Assembly (NCBI GenBank): GCA_946965045.2
Contig: OX337228.1
Coordinates: 3,968,001-4,032,000 of the forward strand
Source: Epithemia pelagica
Lineage: Eukaryota > Protista > Bacillariophyta
DNA: 64,000 nt
Direction: 5' to 3'
In this document: positions 45,701 to 56,071 of the stretch, one piece after another
How positions within the stretch are numbered: position 1 is the first letter of the stretch
Layout of the letters: every line of letters begins with the position of its first letter
The notes under the pieces: model-generated
The model's input: only the letters and a program-made list of their open reading frames with translations
Database searches by the model: none
Told to the model about the DNA's origin: nothing
Program-made: the position numbers and the translations under genes

Positions 45701-48700
45701 GCTCGAGTACTTGGCGGTGGTTGGCGCCTGGAGGGGAAGAGTTCGTCTTTGCATCTTTGGATTCTGGGCGGCGTGAGTGTTGCTGTTGGGGTGTTTGTGG
45801 TGATCCGTTTGAAGGCTGCTCTGTAGTTTCCGAGGTCAGCCGCCTGTTGTGCTGCTCGAAGACGCCACTGTGGCAGTTTGTTGTCTGTCTGTTGTTGTTG
45901 ATTTCATTGTTGGTGTTTTTGTTTGGCCTTGGTGCTTCGTCGGTGGTGGTTTGTCGGTGGGAGAGGAGTTGGGTTCCAGATTGCCCGGTGGAGTTCTTCG
46001 ATCCGTCCTGTTTTGAACATGGAGAGTCTGGCCTTGAAAGCGTTGGAGTATGTTTGGTGGACCGTGCCTTTGATGGGGGCCAGGAGCATGGGCTCCAGCA
46101 TTAGGAGCAACTTCCAGAAAGGGCTGGAGTCGCATTCGTGTTGTGGTGGTCTGTTGTCCCGAATGGTGGTGGGTGACATGGTTGGCGAGGCGTCGATGAT
46201 CCAAGAGACAACGTTGTTGTAGATGTTGTAAAATTCTGCTCGTATTGGTTGCTTGATTTTGTGCCAGATTGTTCGTCTGAAGGGCGGTGGGGTCAGTTCC
46301 AGGTTGTAAAGGAACGATAGACTGGCTTTCCAGTTGGCTTCGTTTTCCGGGGTGGCATGTCGGTAGGTCTTTGCTACTAGTTTGCTGTTTGTTTCGGTTC
46401 TATTATGTTTTTTTGTTATGTGTTGTTTTAGGTGGCCTTGGCAGTTGAATATTGCCGTTGGTGTGTTGCATGCCTGGCAAATGTGAAAGCCGTGGCGATG
46501 GCAGTAGTTTGGTGTCATGTACGTTGTTGGGTTTGTTTCGGCATGTTCCGTTACAAGATGTTCTTTTAGAGAGGCATGTGGGTTTTGGCATTCGGTTGGC
46601 ACCTTCCACGGGCAATCGGGGACCGGGCAGTGCTTTGGTGGTTGTCTTGTTGGATTACTCATGCGGCCCTTTGGCCCATTGTGCATGCGGGTCCACATGG
46701 CCGGTGCGGGAGTCGGCGGCGCTTGGGCTGCTCGTCTGAACCAAAGACTGAGCGTAGCGCCAAGCGTCTTGCGCGTCGGTGTCGTTTGCAAACGACGTTG
46801 TCTGTTGCAGGTATTGGCGCATCTCTCTATGCGTGTTGGTTTGTTGTGTTGGACGTATTTCAAGATCAGTTGGATCTCCTGTCCTGTCGGTGCGGAGTAT
46901 TGGTTGTCCAGCGCGGGGTCCTCTTCCAGTTCATCTGGGGGGATGAGAGAGTGTGACTGTTCGTCCGGTTTGTCTGTGTCCATCATGTTGTTGTCGTTGT
47001 CTTCTTCATGTTGTCGTTTGTTGTTGTTGTTGTGGTCGTCTTCGGCTAGAGGGGCGTACTGGTTGCGTCTGGCCGGTGGTTTTGAATCGGGTTTGCCGTC
47101 GTGTGGCGGGCTTGGATGGTGGAAGGTGGTGGATGCCACCTTGGTCCAGTCGGTCCCGTCATCATATGGGTCATTGTCTCCGTCGATGTCCGATGTGGTT
47201 TGGTGGTTGGCTTGTCTCTTGGTGGGCGGGGGGGATCCGGGAGGGCTGTTTCTTGCTCTGGCCGTGGGGCCGGTGGGGGTGTCGTCGTTTGCTGTGTTGG
47301 GTTTCCGACGTAGGAGACGGTCGGTAAATGCCAGCAGTCGGTTGGTGTGACTTGATGACGTTGGTGTTTCTTGATTGTTGTTTGGCTGTCTGGGTGGTGT
47401 TGCTGCCACTGATGCGAGTGTTGGTAACAGGATGTTCTCAGGGAATCCTGGATGTTGTCGGATGGAGTTTGTGTTGAGGTGGTGGGTGTCCGGCGTTTTG
47501 CGGAGCACCAGGGTGAAACATTGCGGGTCCGGGTCGTAGTTGTTGTATTCAGGGAATAAAGCGACGTATTCCTCCATTCGTTGCAAGTTGGTCCAGTCGC
47601 CATCGGTCGCTTCTTGATTGATGGGGCGAAGTTTAATTCGCACGCTCGCGCCGAAGAATTGGTCAATATCCTTAATCGCTTCGAGAGTTGTGGTGCGGTT
47701 CGATTGTGTGGTTGGCATTGGGATTATCTGGACTTGGTTGTTGTGCCAGAGGATTTCCCCCTTTCGGTTGGCTGCTGCAAAAGCGTTGTAGCTTCGGAGG
47801 AGCGCCTCGAAGTTGGCTCGGGAGGAGGCAGTGACATAGATCACAGGTACCTGTCCTCGTTGTTTGCTTTTGAGGTCTCCGCTAAAAGTGCCGGAGCGGA
47901 TTCCGATGTGGTCGAAAAACTCGGTCCAGTTTAGTTTCTGTGGTAGGTGTGCCTTCAGCGAGTGTTGAATGGCTCCGGCAAGGGTGATTGCAGCGCGACG
48001 GTGCCTGACTGTTTGTGCTGGGATGCCTACCAGGATCCCGTACGTGTCGCTTGCCCTGTTGTTGTTGGCTGGGAGGTAAATGTTAATTTGGTTCCAGCGC
48101 GGATTGACGGTGGGATTTGATTGCGGCGTGCCGCTTCGAAGCACACTCTGTTGGCCATATTTGTCAAAGAAAAAGTCTTCGTTGTTGTGGCGGTGCCACA
48201 TTTGGAGGACGAAACGGAGTCCTTGTTCGTGGAAGACTTCCGTGTCGAATGCGTCGTTTGCTGGGGCAGGGGACAACGTGACGTGAAAGGTGGATACGTG
48301 GCCGTTGTTGCGTGGGCGCTGTTGGTCGTTTTGGTTGGGGCGGGTCCGGCCCGATTGCTTTGTTTCAAGGAACTCGGCTTTGCGGACTTGCAGCCACATT
48401 GGTTCCTCTCTCTTGTTGTGGTGAAAGAACACCTTGTTGAGGTGATCTTTCAGCGATTGCTCCGTAAGGCGTGGCAGGGATGATTCCACCTGGGAGTTCA
48501 AACTGTGATTCACCATCACATGTAGGTGGATGAGGGTTTTTGGTTCCGTCGATGGAGTGGGGGGTTTGGTTGGCGGCGCCTTCCTGTACGGGTTGGAGGG
48601 GGATCCTTCTTCCGTCGTGGTGTTTGCTTCGTTGTCTAGCGTCGTCGCTGGGTTGGTGGTGTCTTCCTGGTGGGTGCTGTGGTTGTTGGTGTCGTTGTTT

Positions 48701-48810
48701 TCTGTGGGTTCGTTGGTGTTTTCGGTGTTTTTGTTGGTTTTGTTGGTTTTGTTGTTGTTGGTGTCGTTTTTTCTGTGGTTTTGTTGGTGTTTTCGGTGTT
48801 TTTGTTGGTT

Positions 48811-48841
<31 letters not shown>

Positions 48842-49817
48842 CGATGGAATCGGAGTTGTGGGTGGGTTGTTTGGTTGCAGTGGAGTCGCCGTGGGGGTGT
48901 CGCTCGGGCGTGATGGCCTGGGGGTTCCTGTCTTGGTGCTGGTGGTGGGCCAGGGGGCTTTCGTGGTCGTTTTGGCTTCTGGTTGTCATGCTGGGGTAGG
49001 ATTTCGGGACTCCGAAGGTACTGGCGGTGGTGTGGTGCATTCCCCCGCGGGTGGTCTTGCGGCCTTGGGCTGGCTTGGAGTGGACGTGCATCTTGGGTTT
49101 GTTTGGTTGTTGGTGGCTTCGGATGGTAGGCTGTGCGGCTGGAGGCTTTAAGGGAGACAGACGAAAACACTGGTTTTTCGATATTGTGGGGTGTTTGTCC
49201 TCCGCTGCTGGTTGGCAAGGGTCATTTGGTTTTGGGGGATGAGGGTCATCTGTTTGGGTAGCGGTTGATCTCGTAGTTAATTTGGTGTTCTCTATTGATA
49301 GGACGGGTTGGTCTTTGGTAGGGAGTGGCTTGTTGTCGGTGACGTGAGTGGTGTGTTGTCGGCTGTTGTGGGCGGTGACGTGAGTGGTTTGATTGTGCCT
49401 GTTGAGGTTGGATCTGGGGGATTGATGGTCATTTGGTGTTGGGTTTGGTTCGGTGCTATTGTTGTGGGCTGATTTTGGTCCGCTGTGGTGCCGTGTTGGG
49501 TTTGTTGGGAAGCTGTACGGGACTGGATGTCCGTCTGGGTCTTGGGTGGTGGTGGTGGTTTTGGTGGGTGCGGATGTTGCACCATGGCCGTGTTTGTGAC
49601 ATTGTGGCCTCGTAGTTTTGCTTTTTCGGAGACCGGGAAGGATTTCCATGTCGTTGCGAAGCGTCACCGTGCGCGCTGCGCTTCCGCCTCGGTGGGGAGG
49701 AGGTGCCCGGCCAGATGTCGGGCGTGTCGGTCGTGGTTGAACCATGGTGTCTGACTGTACTGCCGAGGGAAACCATGGCGGATCCGCGTTTCGCGCCATC
49801 CAGGGCGGGACCGTCAT
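42787..49817 (-). pseudogene. Single long retrotransposon ORF (about 2340 codons) with one frameshift and one in-frame TGA
   Basis: ORF 49817-48636 shifts to ORF 49218-45904 at about 48770. TGA at 45906-45904 is followed by in-frame coding sequence (RAAQQAADLGNYRAAFKRI) into ORF 45618-42787. Confidence 0.75.
48670..48840 (-). repeat. (AAC)n tract plus about 60-bp internal tandem duplication (Asn/Thr/Lys-rich linker) in the retrotransposon
   Basis: ttgttg run at 48811-48840; duplicated AACAAAAACACCGAAAACACCAAC..ACCACAGAAAA(C)AACGACACCAACAAC on the minus strand. Confidence 0.85.
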
Positions 49818-50065
49818 TTGCGGTATGCTAACTGGGGGAAGGGCTCCCGGCTCGGCTATCGTCGTTGTTATTACCCTTGTAGTAGTTCACTTGATGGTTG
49901 CGTCGTGTCTTCCGTTAGTTCAGTTCAGTAGAACCTGAGATCGTAAGGGTAGAGTAGGGGTGTGAAGTGGGGGTGGGGATGGAGGTGGGAATTGAGTCCC
50001 ACCTAACAGGTGAAACACGAATATCTTTCAAAAGGATTCCATTTTTCTTTGCGACGTGCCATCAT

Positions 50066-51018
50066 ATGTTCTCATCCACAATGAACGTAGCAACACCACT
50101 TCTCCGTCTCACAAAGAGAGCGGCACTGCGCCCATCTGTCCGGAGTATGACAACATTGAAGGATTCGTACGAGTTTGTCCTTGTGGAAAAACGTGATGCA
50201 GTGGGACTCGTGACGCTGAATCGACCACGTGCATTGAATGCATTGTGCGATGGCCTTTTTGATGACTTGATCCATGCATGTAATGCCCTTGATCAAGATG
50301 ACAGTGTTGGCTGCATGGTTCTCACTGGATCAAAGAAAGCCTTTGCTGCCGGTGCCGATATTTCCGAAATGAAAGACAAGATGTTTGCTCATGCTTATCA
50401 AACTGTGTGTAGACAATGTTGACGAGCCCTCCAAGAGGAGTGTCTTTTGATTCCCTTTCTCACGCATATATGTATGTTTCATTCACAGAACATGTTCTCT
50501 GGTTGGGCAGACGTGACAAAGATATCAAAACCAATCATAGCCGCTGTGAACGGGTATGCACTTGGAGGAGGATGTGAGCTGGCCATGATGTGTGATATGA
50601 TTGTCGCTGGTGATAAGGCCAAGTTTGGTCAGCCCGAGATCAATTTGGGTGTCATTCCAGGTGCAGGTGGTACCCAAAGATTGACCCGCGCCATTGGCAA
50701 ATCGAAAGCCATGTACATGTGTCTAACTGGAGATATGATGTCTGCAGAAGAGGCGGAGCGAGCTGGTCTAGTTGCCAAAATTTTTCCTGCTGATGACCTC
50801 GAGGAAGAGGCGGTGAAGATTGCTACCAAAATTGCCTCCAAAGGACGAATGGCGACCTTGATGACGAAGGAGGCAGTCAATGCCTCACAAGAGCTGAGTC
50901 TTCAAGAAGGACTAAGGTTGGAACGTCGTTTCTTCCATTCTCTGTTTGCGACAGAGGATCAAAAAGAAGGTATGACGGCCTTCTTGGAGAAAAGGGAGCC
51001 CTCCTTTCAGAATAAATA
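50066..51018 (+). CDS. ECHS1: Enoyl-CoA hydratase, mitochondrial
   Basis: Exons 50066-50404 and 50489-51018; intron 50405-50488 (GTGTGT...CAG). [36 protein letters not shown] and [20 protein letters not shown]. Confidence 0.95.
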
Positions 51019-51281
51019 GCTTCACCATACTGGCTCATGGAAAACACACATACTCTAGGACCTCACACATACTCTAGGACCTCTATGATGGGAGAACATC
51101 CTAGGAGTAGGTAGGATTAACGCGTGCGGTTTTTTCTCATTAGACAACGAGGATTCCTACGCCCTCTAGCTAGCTAGCTAGTAGAGCTAGGTAGAGAGGC
51201 TCTTACCGCGTCCGTCCTCCGCCTCGTTGGATCGATGTCCACGAATGTACACAGCGATAATTGTTAGGAGTACCAGAGACC

Positions 51282-52880
51282 ATGGCGCTTTACTGCGAAT
51301 TATCAGGGGAACTCTTAGCCTCAAGCTCTGATGAAGTTGTTGTGACGCCGTCTGGGCATATCTGCTTGAAACGTTTGCTCCTGTCAAGGTTGACCGAGAA
51401 TAGAGGTGTCGATCCGTTCGATGAAGATCGGCCCCTCTCAGAAGATGATCTAGTTACGCTACAAATATCCAAGCCGAAGGTTGTTCCTCCACGAACCAAC
51501 CAAACCAACAGTTTTCCAGGTCTGTTGAATTCCTTACAAAACGAATATGATGCGTTGGTTTTGGAGCTTTTTGACACTCGAAAAGCCCTTGAGGAAACAA
51601 GGCGGGAATTATCACAGGCATTGTACCAGAACGATGCTGCCATGCGTGTCATTGCACGGGTGGCCTTGGAACGTGATCAAGCACGACAACAATTGGAAGA
51701 ATGGAAGGTAGACTCGGGACATGTACCTGGCTCTCAAAACCTGGCTAGTCAAGCCCACGTGGTAGGCGACAGTGGTGAATCTGTCTCAACTTCCGACGGC
51801 AGTAAGAAGAGAAAGCTGGATGTACAAGCGGTGTCTCATATGATTAATGAAATTTCTAAAGAAGATTTGAATTCCATGATTGAAGTATGGGAACGCCTTC
51901 ACAAGAGTCGGAAGGCCCTGCAGAAAGAAGCGGCCTCGGTAGCCCCTTCGAAGCAAGACATTGCTGGCTTTGTTCTCACGCGAAAAGAAGATTGGCTTTC
52001 GACATCGACAAGTGAGGGTGTAGCTGCAATGACCGCTGCTGGTGGCTCCAAAATCGCGGCTGCGGCAATGGACAAGAGTCTTGTTGTGTACGACCTAGAG
52101 TCGAGGAAAACCGCGGTATCACTTCAATCCAGATCGGAGGCAACCTGTGTAGACATGAATGAAAATAATATTGTCGCAGGGTGTTCGAGTGGTGCCGTCC
52201 AAATTTGGAAAGCCAACGGCGAATTAGACAATGTGGTAGAAGCACCACAGTCTCAAGGCGCAGTGGTTGCTGTTAATATTCATCCAGACCGCAGACACAT
52301 TTTGGCTGCGTCCGACTCGGGCACACTCTCTTTAATACGTATGGGTGACAACACTGATTCAAAGATGGTTTCAGTTTTCGAACCCCATCAAGGCCAAATA
52401 TATTCTTCTGGGACCCTGCATCCAGACGGGCTGATTTACCTGACGGGCTGTTCTTCTGGAAAAATTTTGCTGTGGGATCTCAAGTCTCAGTCAATGGCAG
52501 GTGTTCTTGAAGAACCGGGAAATGACAGCGATCCAGTGGTTAGTTTGGATGTTAGCAACAATGGCTACCATATTGCTGCTTCCTCCATTACAGGGAGAGT
52601 TCGTGTTTGGGATCTTCGGAAACAAAAGGTTATTGCTGTTTTGAATCAAAAGGAAAATCCCTTGGAATCTGTCCTCACGGTAGCCTTTGATGAATCCGGG
52701 AAATATCTTGCGTATGGTGGAAAAGGCGGACTGCGAATTGTAACTGTAAAGGAGTGGGAGTCGACAACTGCTTCTCTGAATGCTGAACTGACATCAGGTG
52801 TAGTGTGGGGAAAAGATTGGGTGGCAACATGCAGCACAGAGCAACGAGATGTAGTAATGTATGGGAAAGAAGCATCGTAA
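51282..52880 (+). CDS. PRPF19: Pre-mRNA processing factor 19 (U-box, coiled coil, WD40)
   Basis: YCELSGE...VVTPSGHICLKRLL U-box, LQNEYDALVLELFDTRKALEETRRELSQALYQNDAAMRVIARV, and WD40 repeats. Confidence 0.93.
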   Translation: MALYCELSGELLASSSDEVVVTPSGHICLKRLLLSRLTENRGVDPFDEDRPLSEDDLVTLQISKPKVVPPRTNQTNSFPGLLNSLQNEYDALVLELFDTRKALEETRRELSQALYQNDAAMRVIARVALERDQARQQLEEWKVDSGHVPGSQNLASQAHVVGDSGESVSTSDGSKKRKLDVQAVSHMINEISKEDLNSMIEVWERLHKSRKALQKEAASVAPSKQDIAGFVLTRKEDWLSTSTSEGVAAMTAAGGSKIAAAAMDKSLVVYDLESRKTAVSLQSRSEATCVDMNENNIVAGCSSGAVQIWKANGELDNVVEAPQSQGAVVAVNIHPDRRHILAASDSGTLSLIRMGDNTDSKMVSVFEPHQGQIYSSGTLHPDGLIYLTGCSSGKILLWDLKSQSMAGVLEEPGNDSDPVVSLDVSNNGYHIAASSITGRVRVWDLRKQKVIAVLNQKENPLESVLTVAFDESGKYLAYGGKGGLRIVTVKEWESTTASLNAELTSGVVWGKDWVATCSTEQRDVVMYGKEAS

Positions 52881-53053
52881 TGAGGAACCAACACATGTTA
52901 CGGCCTTGTAATTCGTAATTGTTCTCTACTATATTGATTTTGTACGTAACTCCTCAAACAAATCGAGTAGTTGTCCACCATTCATCGAAACATTGATGTA
53001 AGCTATGACAACTTCCTACACCTTGTCTTCTTTGATGGTATTGAACTGTGCAC

Positions 53054-54295
53054 TCATACGCATAACCTGCTTCCGATCGAAAATATGGGCGTTATCCCTG
53101 TGTTCTCGACGACGATATCTTGAGTATCCTTGAAAAATCCTTCCACGAAAAAGTCCAAGTCAAGGTCATTGCGGTCATAACCAAAAGGATTCTCAATCTC
53201 ACATGCCATCGACTCGATTCCAAGAACGGCATATGCAACCAAACTCGTCAACAGAATACTCCACCAACCGTAAAACGCCACAACATGCAGAGGGTACAGA
53301 ATCAGCCAGAGCACCATAAAGAACCGCAACTGAAGAACATACGACAGAGGAATTGGGGTGTTGTTGAGCCGTTCACAGGAACCAAGAGTATCACTCATCA
53401 CTGCCAAACTGGTTGTATTGATGACGCCAAGCTGGTAGTCAGAGAGCTTCCCTGCCTTCTTTTGTTTCCCAAGGTAATCAGAGAGGATATCTTGGCAGAA
53501 GAGAGGCATATGGGCCGCATGCTGAATGTTGGCAACATCTTGAAGGCTTAGTCCACATCCCAAGTAATCGAAATCGCGACGAATGTCCTTTTCCTTGCGA
53601 AGATGCAGTTTGACTGCTGCACCAAAGGCCGTCACAAAGTTGATTGCGCGTCGGCGGTCCTCATAATCATCCTCTGTTACAATCTCCACGTGAGTACAAA
53701 CGAGACGGGCAAAGTCGCGAGAGACTTCTCTCATTCTGTATAGATTGTGACGAATATATGAGAAATCGCCTGAAACTAATGGGCCATGATCCATTGTACC
53801 AAAAGTGCTTACCTTCCCCACACTTTGCGTCCTTCCCAGAATCGATCGTAGGCTTGATTCGCTCGGAATGCCAACAAAAGAAACATTCCTACTGCGAACC
53901 CGCAAAATGTAATTATCAGAACAAAAATCATGAATTTTTACGTCTGTATCTGTGTGTTCTCCGCAGAAATTAGAGTACTCCGCCAGAATGGGGACAAGGG
54001 CATTATAAATGAGCAAGACAACAAGGATCTCGCGGTTATACTCCGGGAGCCATGCAATCAATGGAGGTTCCCACCAATGGTGAGTAGGCTCATACGTCAG
54101 TTGTCGACGCTTCTCACGAACTTCCTCTTTACCGAGATGAAATGTATGCATGGTCCCGATAATGACGCTGTGGACCGAGCTCTTCAAGGACCACTTGCTC
54201 GAGATTCGCCCTTTCTCGGCTGCATCGGATGTGTCAGATGTACTATCGGACTTTTCCGAGCTTGGCGAAGGGACGGGTTCGTCATTAATGTCCAT
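53054..54295 (-). CDS. Bestrophin-like (UPF0187/YneE/VCCN-type) anion channel; apparent frameshift, possibly a pseudogene or assembly error
   Basis: C-terminal GSCERLNNTPIPLSY and GIESMACEIENPFGYDRNDL motifs. LLLAFRANQAYDRFWEGRKVWG lies in another frame (about 53930-53813). A 77-nt intron at 53812-53736 (GTAAGC...CAG) rejoins it to RMREVSRDFARL. Confidence 0.78.
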   Translation of the reverse strand: MDINDEPVPSPSSEKSDSTSDTSDAAEKGRISSKWSLKSSVHSVIIGTMHTFHLGKEEVREKRRQLTYEPTHHWWEPPLIAWLPEYNREILVVLLIYNALVPILAEYSNFCGEHTDTDVKIHDFCSDNYILRVRSRNVSFVGIPSESSLRSILGRTQSVGKVSTFGTMDHGPLVSGDFSYIRHNLYRMREVSRDFARLVCTHVEIVTEDDYEDRRRAINFVTAFGAAVKLHLRKEKDIRRDFDYLGCGLSLQDVANIQHAAHMPLFCQDILSDYLGKQKKAGKLSDYQLGVINTTSLAVMSDTLGSCERLNNTPIPLSYVLQLRFFMVLWLILYPLHVVAFYGWWSILLTSLVAYAVLGIESMACEIENPFGYDRNDLDLDFFVEGFFKDTQDIVVENTGITPIFSIGSRLCV

Positions 54296-54660
54296 GGTTA
54301 ACGACGTAGAAGCTTGGATCTCCAATCTCCACCCGCTGGTAAAATCACAAGAGAAAAGAGAATGCTTATCGCAAAGGGCCAACAAACATCACAGAAATGT
54401 GTCTTTGCCGTTGAAGGAGACTTGCGGCGGAGAAGTTGCCGGCTGCCGGCTGTTTGTTCTTTACTTCCGATCGTTATGTAATAGATTTATCTTAATCGTA
54501 ATGTTGCTTTTCTGACCGCATTACCGTCTGGGAGTCCGTTTCCCAGATTTTGCACAGATCCCATTAGCAGAAAAAAAGATGCGAACGAAGACAGACGAGT
54601 CGCGCTTCCGTTCCAACATGCCCGCCGGCCGCCACCTGCCCCATAAAACCAAGCACGACA

Positions 54661-55126
54661 ATGTTGGCGCCTCAGGACGAGAACGATGCCGAGGTTAGGC
54701 GGGAAGATCAGGACAGTATCAATCGATTTGCCCGTTTGAATACGCGTCTTCACAGTATTCGAGACGAGCAGAAACAGTTGCAGGTAGGTGATCGATGCAA
54801 ACCCTTGAAGTGAACGGCTGAATTACTGATCGTGGGCGTCGAATCTCCACTTGAACCGACAGAAACAGCTTGAAGGCTTGGATGACGCGTCGACAGAACT
54901 AATGATGGGTTCAGGGGATCACACTGTTATGATGATGGCTGGTGAGTCCTTTCTGGAAGTGAGCGAGGAGGAGGCAACGAATTTGTGCGAGAAACAGGTG
55001 GAGAAGCTGCAGGACGAAGTCAACGCCTTGAAAACTGAAGAAGAGGAAATTCTCGGGGAGCAGGCCAAACTCAAAGCTATTTTGTACAGCAGATTCGGAA
55101 AGTCAATCAACTTGGAAGAAAAATGA
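54661..55126 (+). CDS. PFDN4: Prefoldin subunit 4
   Basis: Exons 54661-54783 and 54863-55126; intron GTAGGT...CAG. EVRREDQDSINRFARLN, LDDASTEL and LKAILYSRFGKSINLE. Confidence 0.92.
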
Positions 55127-55202
55127 GAGAAAAATCATATAATTCGGAGGACCTCATTACGATGGATATTATTCGAAGAAACAAGCGAGTGATAATATAC
55201 GA

Positions 55203-56071
55203 CTAAACCTTGTCGGGACATCCAGTAACGGCCAAGCGTCCCTCCTCGAAAGCTCGTTCCGCCAACTGGTTGTACGCCTTACCATACGGTGGCGACTGGA
55301 AGTCGTTGTGATACTGATGGTAAACTTCAGCCTGGTGGAATGGGAAATCGGCAGTATCATAAACATAGACAATCTGCCTGCCAAGCGTATCGGGATCATT
55401 GCCCGATCCAGCGACAAGTCTGAAACCAGCCTGTTCGGCTACTTTCTCCATTTCAGAGTAGGACGTATGTTTAGTTCCTCCCGGAATTCCGATCAACGAC
55501 CTGTACTCTCCTCCTCGGTCCATTGGGTCCACGCGGTCTGACAAAAAATATGAGGTCGACTTTTCCTCCAGATTCATGAATTTCGATCATATTACGTACC
55601 CTTAGTACGGGGATTGAAAAGGGAAAAATAGGTTTCTGTGAATGCCACCACTTTATCCTGTGGAAGTGTCATTCCAACAACTTCGCCATGACCCAAACGT
55701 CCATAGTCCGCCACCGATTGGAAGTTATGATAACACACTTTGCCACCCTCACCCGTTGACCTGCCGCCAGCATATCCGGCTTTACTAGTGAGTTGGTCGT
55801 CTTTCCGCTCCAGTAACGATCGTTCCGCCTGGACAAACTCGTGCTGAATATGCCAAAAGCATCCAACACCAAAGTAAACGTCCTGTTCCATCACATCCGT
55901 CGCCTCGGCTGGAAGAGGACGTCGAAGGGCAGCACTTCCACCCACAACGGCTCCGGTTGAGGCCACAAGTACACTACGCATCCATGATCGTCGAGTTGAT
56001 GTCACTTGGGGAGAGTACGAAGCGGCCAAGCCGCACAACGTAACCAACGCCGAAAGGAATCGTGCCATCAT
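55203..56071 (-). CDS. Peptide methionine sulfoxide reductase A-like protein with long targeting presequence
   Basis: Exons 56071-55600 and 55537-55203; intron 55599-55538 (GTACGT...CAG). YFGVGCFWH, GYAGG, HGEVV, DRGGEYRS and AEVYHQY motifs. Confidence 0.78.

Larger units (their letters stand above)
42746..49934 (-). mobile_element. CRE-like (early-branching, RLE-type) non-LTR retrotransposon, apparently full length
   Basis: Two C2H2-like fingers (CPVPDC...HLVTEH; CQAC...HITKKH, about 46630-46410). RT motifs LRPIGIG, DLTNMFN, GFPQGCPLSP and IMDD. CKC...DLHGDHLFSC and RPAD...AIDITV form a restriction-like endonuclease. A-rich 3' tail (TAAAATAAGAAAAAA on minus). Candidate 5-bp target-site duplication CTGAG at 42741-42745 and 49935-49939. 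Confidence 0.88.

Noticed and set aside
49600-49934. HDV-like or hammerhead ribozyme at the 5' end of the CRE-like element
   Set aside because: Small hairpins exist (e.g. CGCG-AAA-CGCG within ATGG...CCAT), but I could not find the nested double pseudoknot or the CUGAUGA/GAAA cores by eye; an Infernal/RNArobo search would be needed.
51045-51082. 19-bp tandem duplication CACACATACTCTAGGACCT x2 downstream of ECHS1
   Set aside because: It is real, but most likely a neutral slippage event in a 3' UTR, with no evidence of function.
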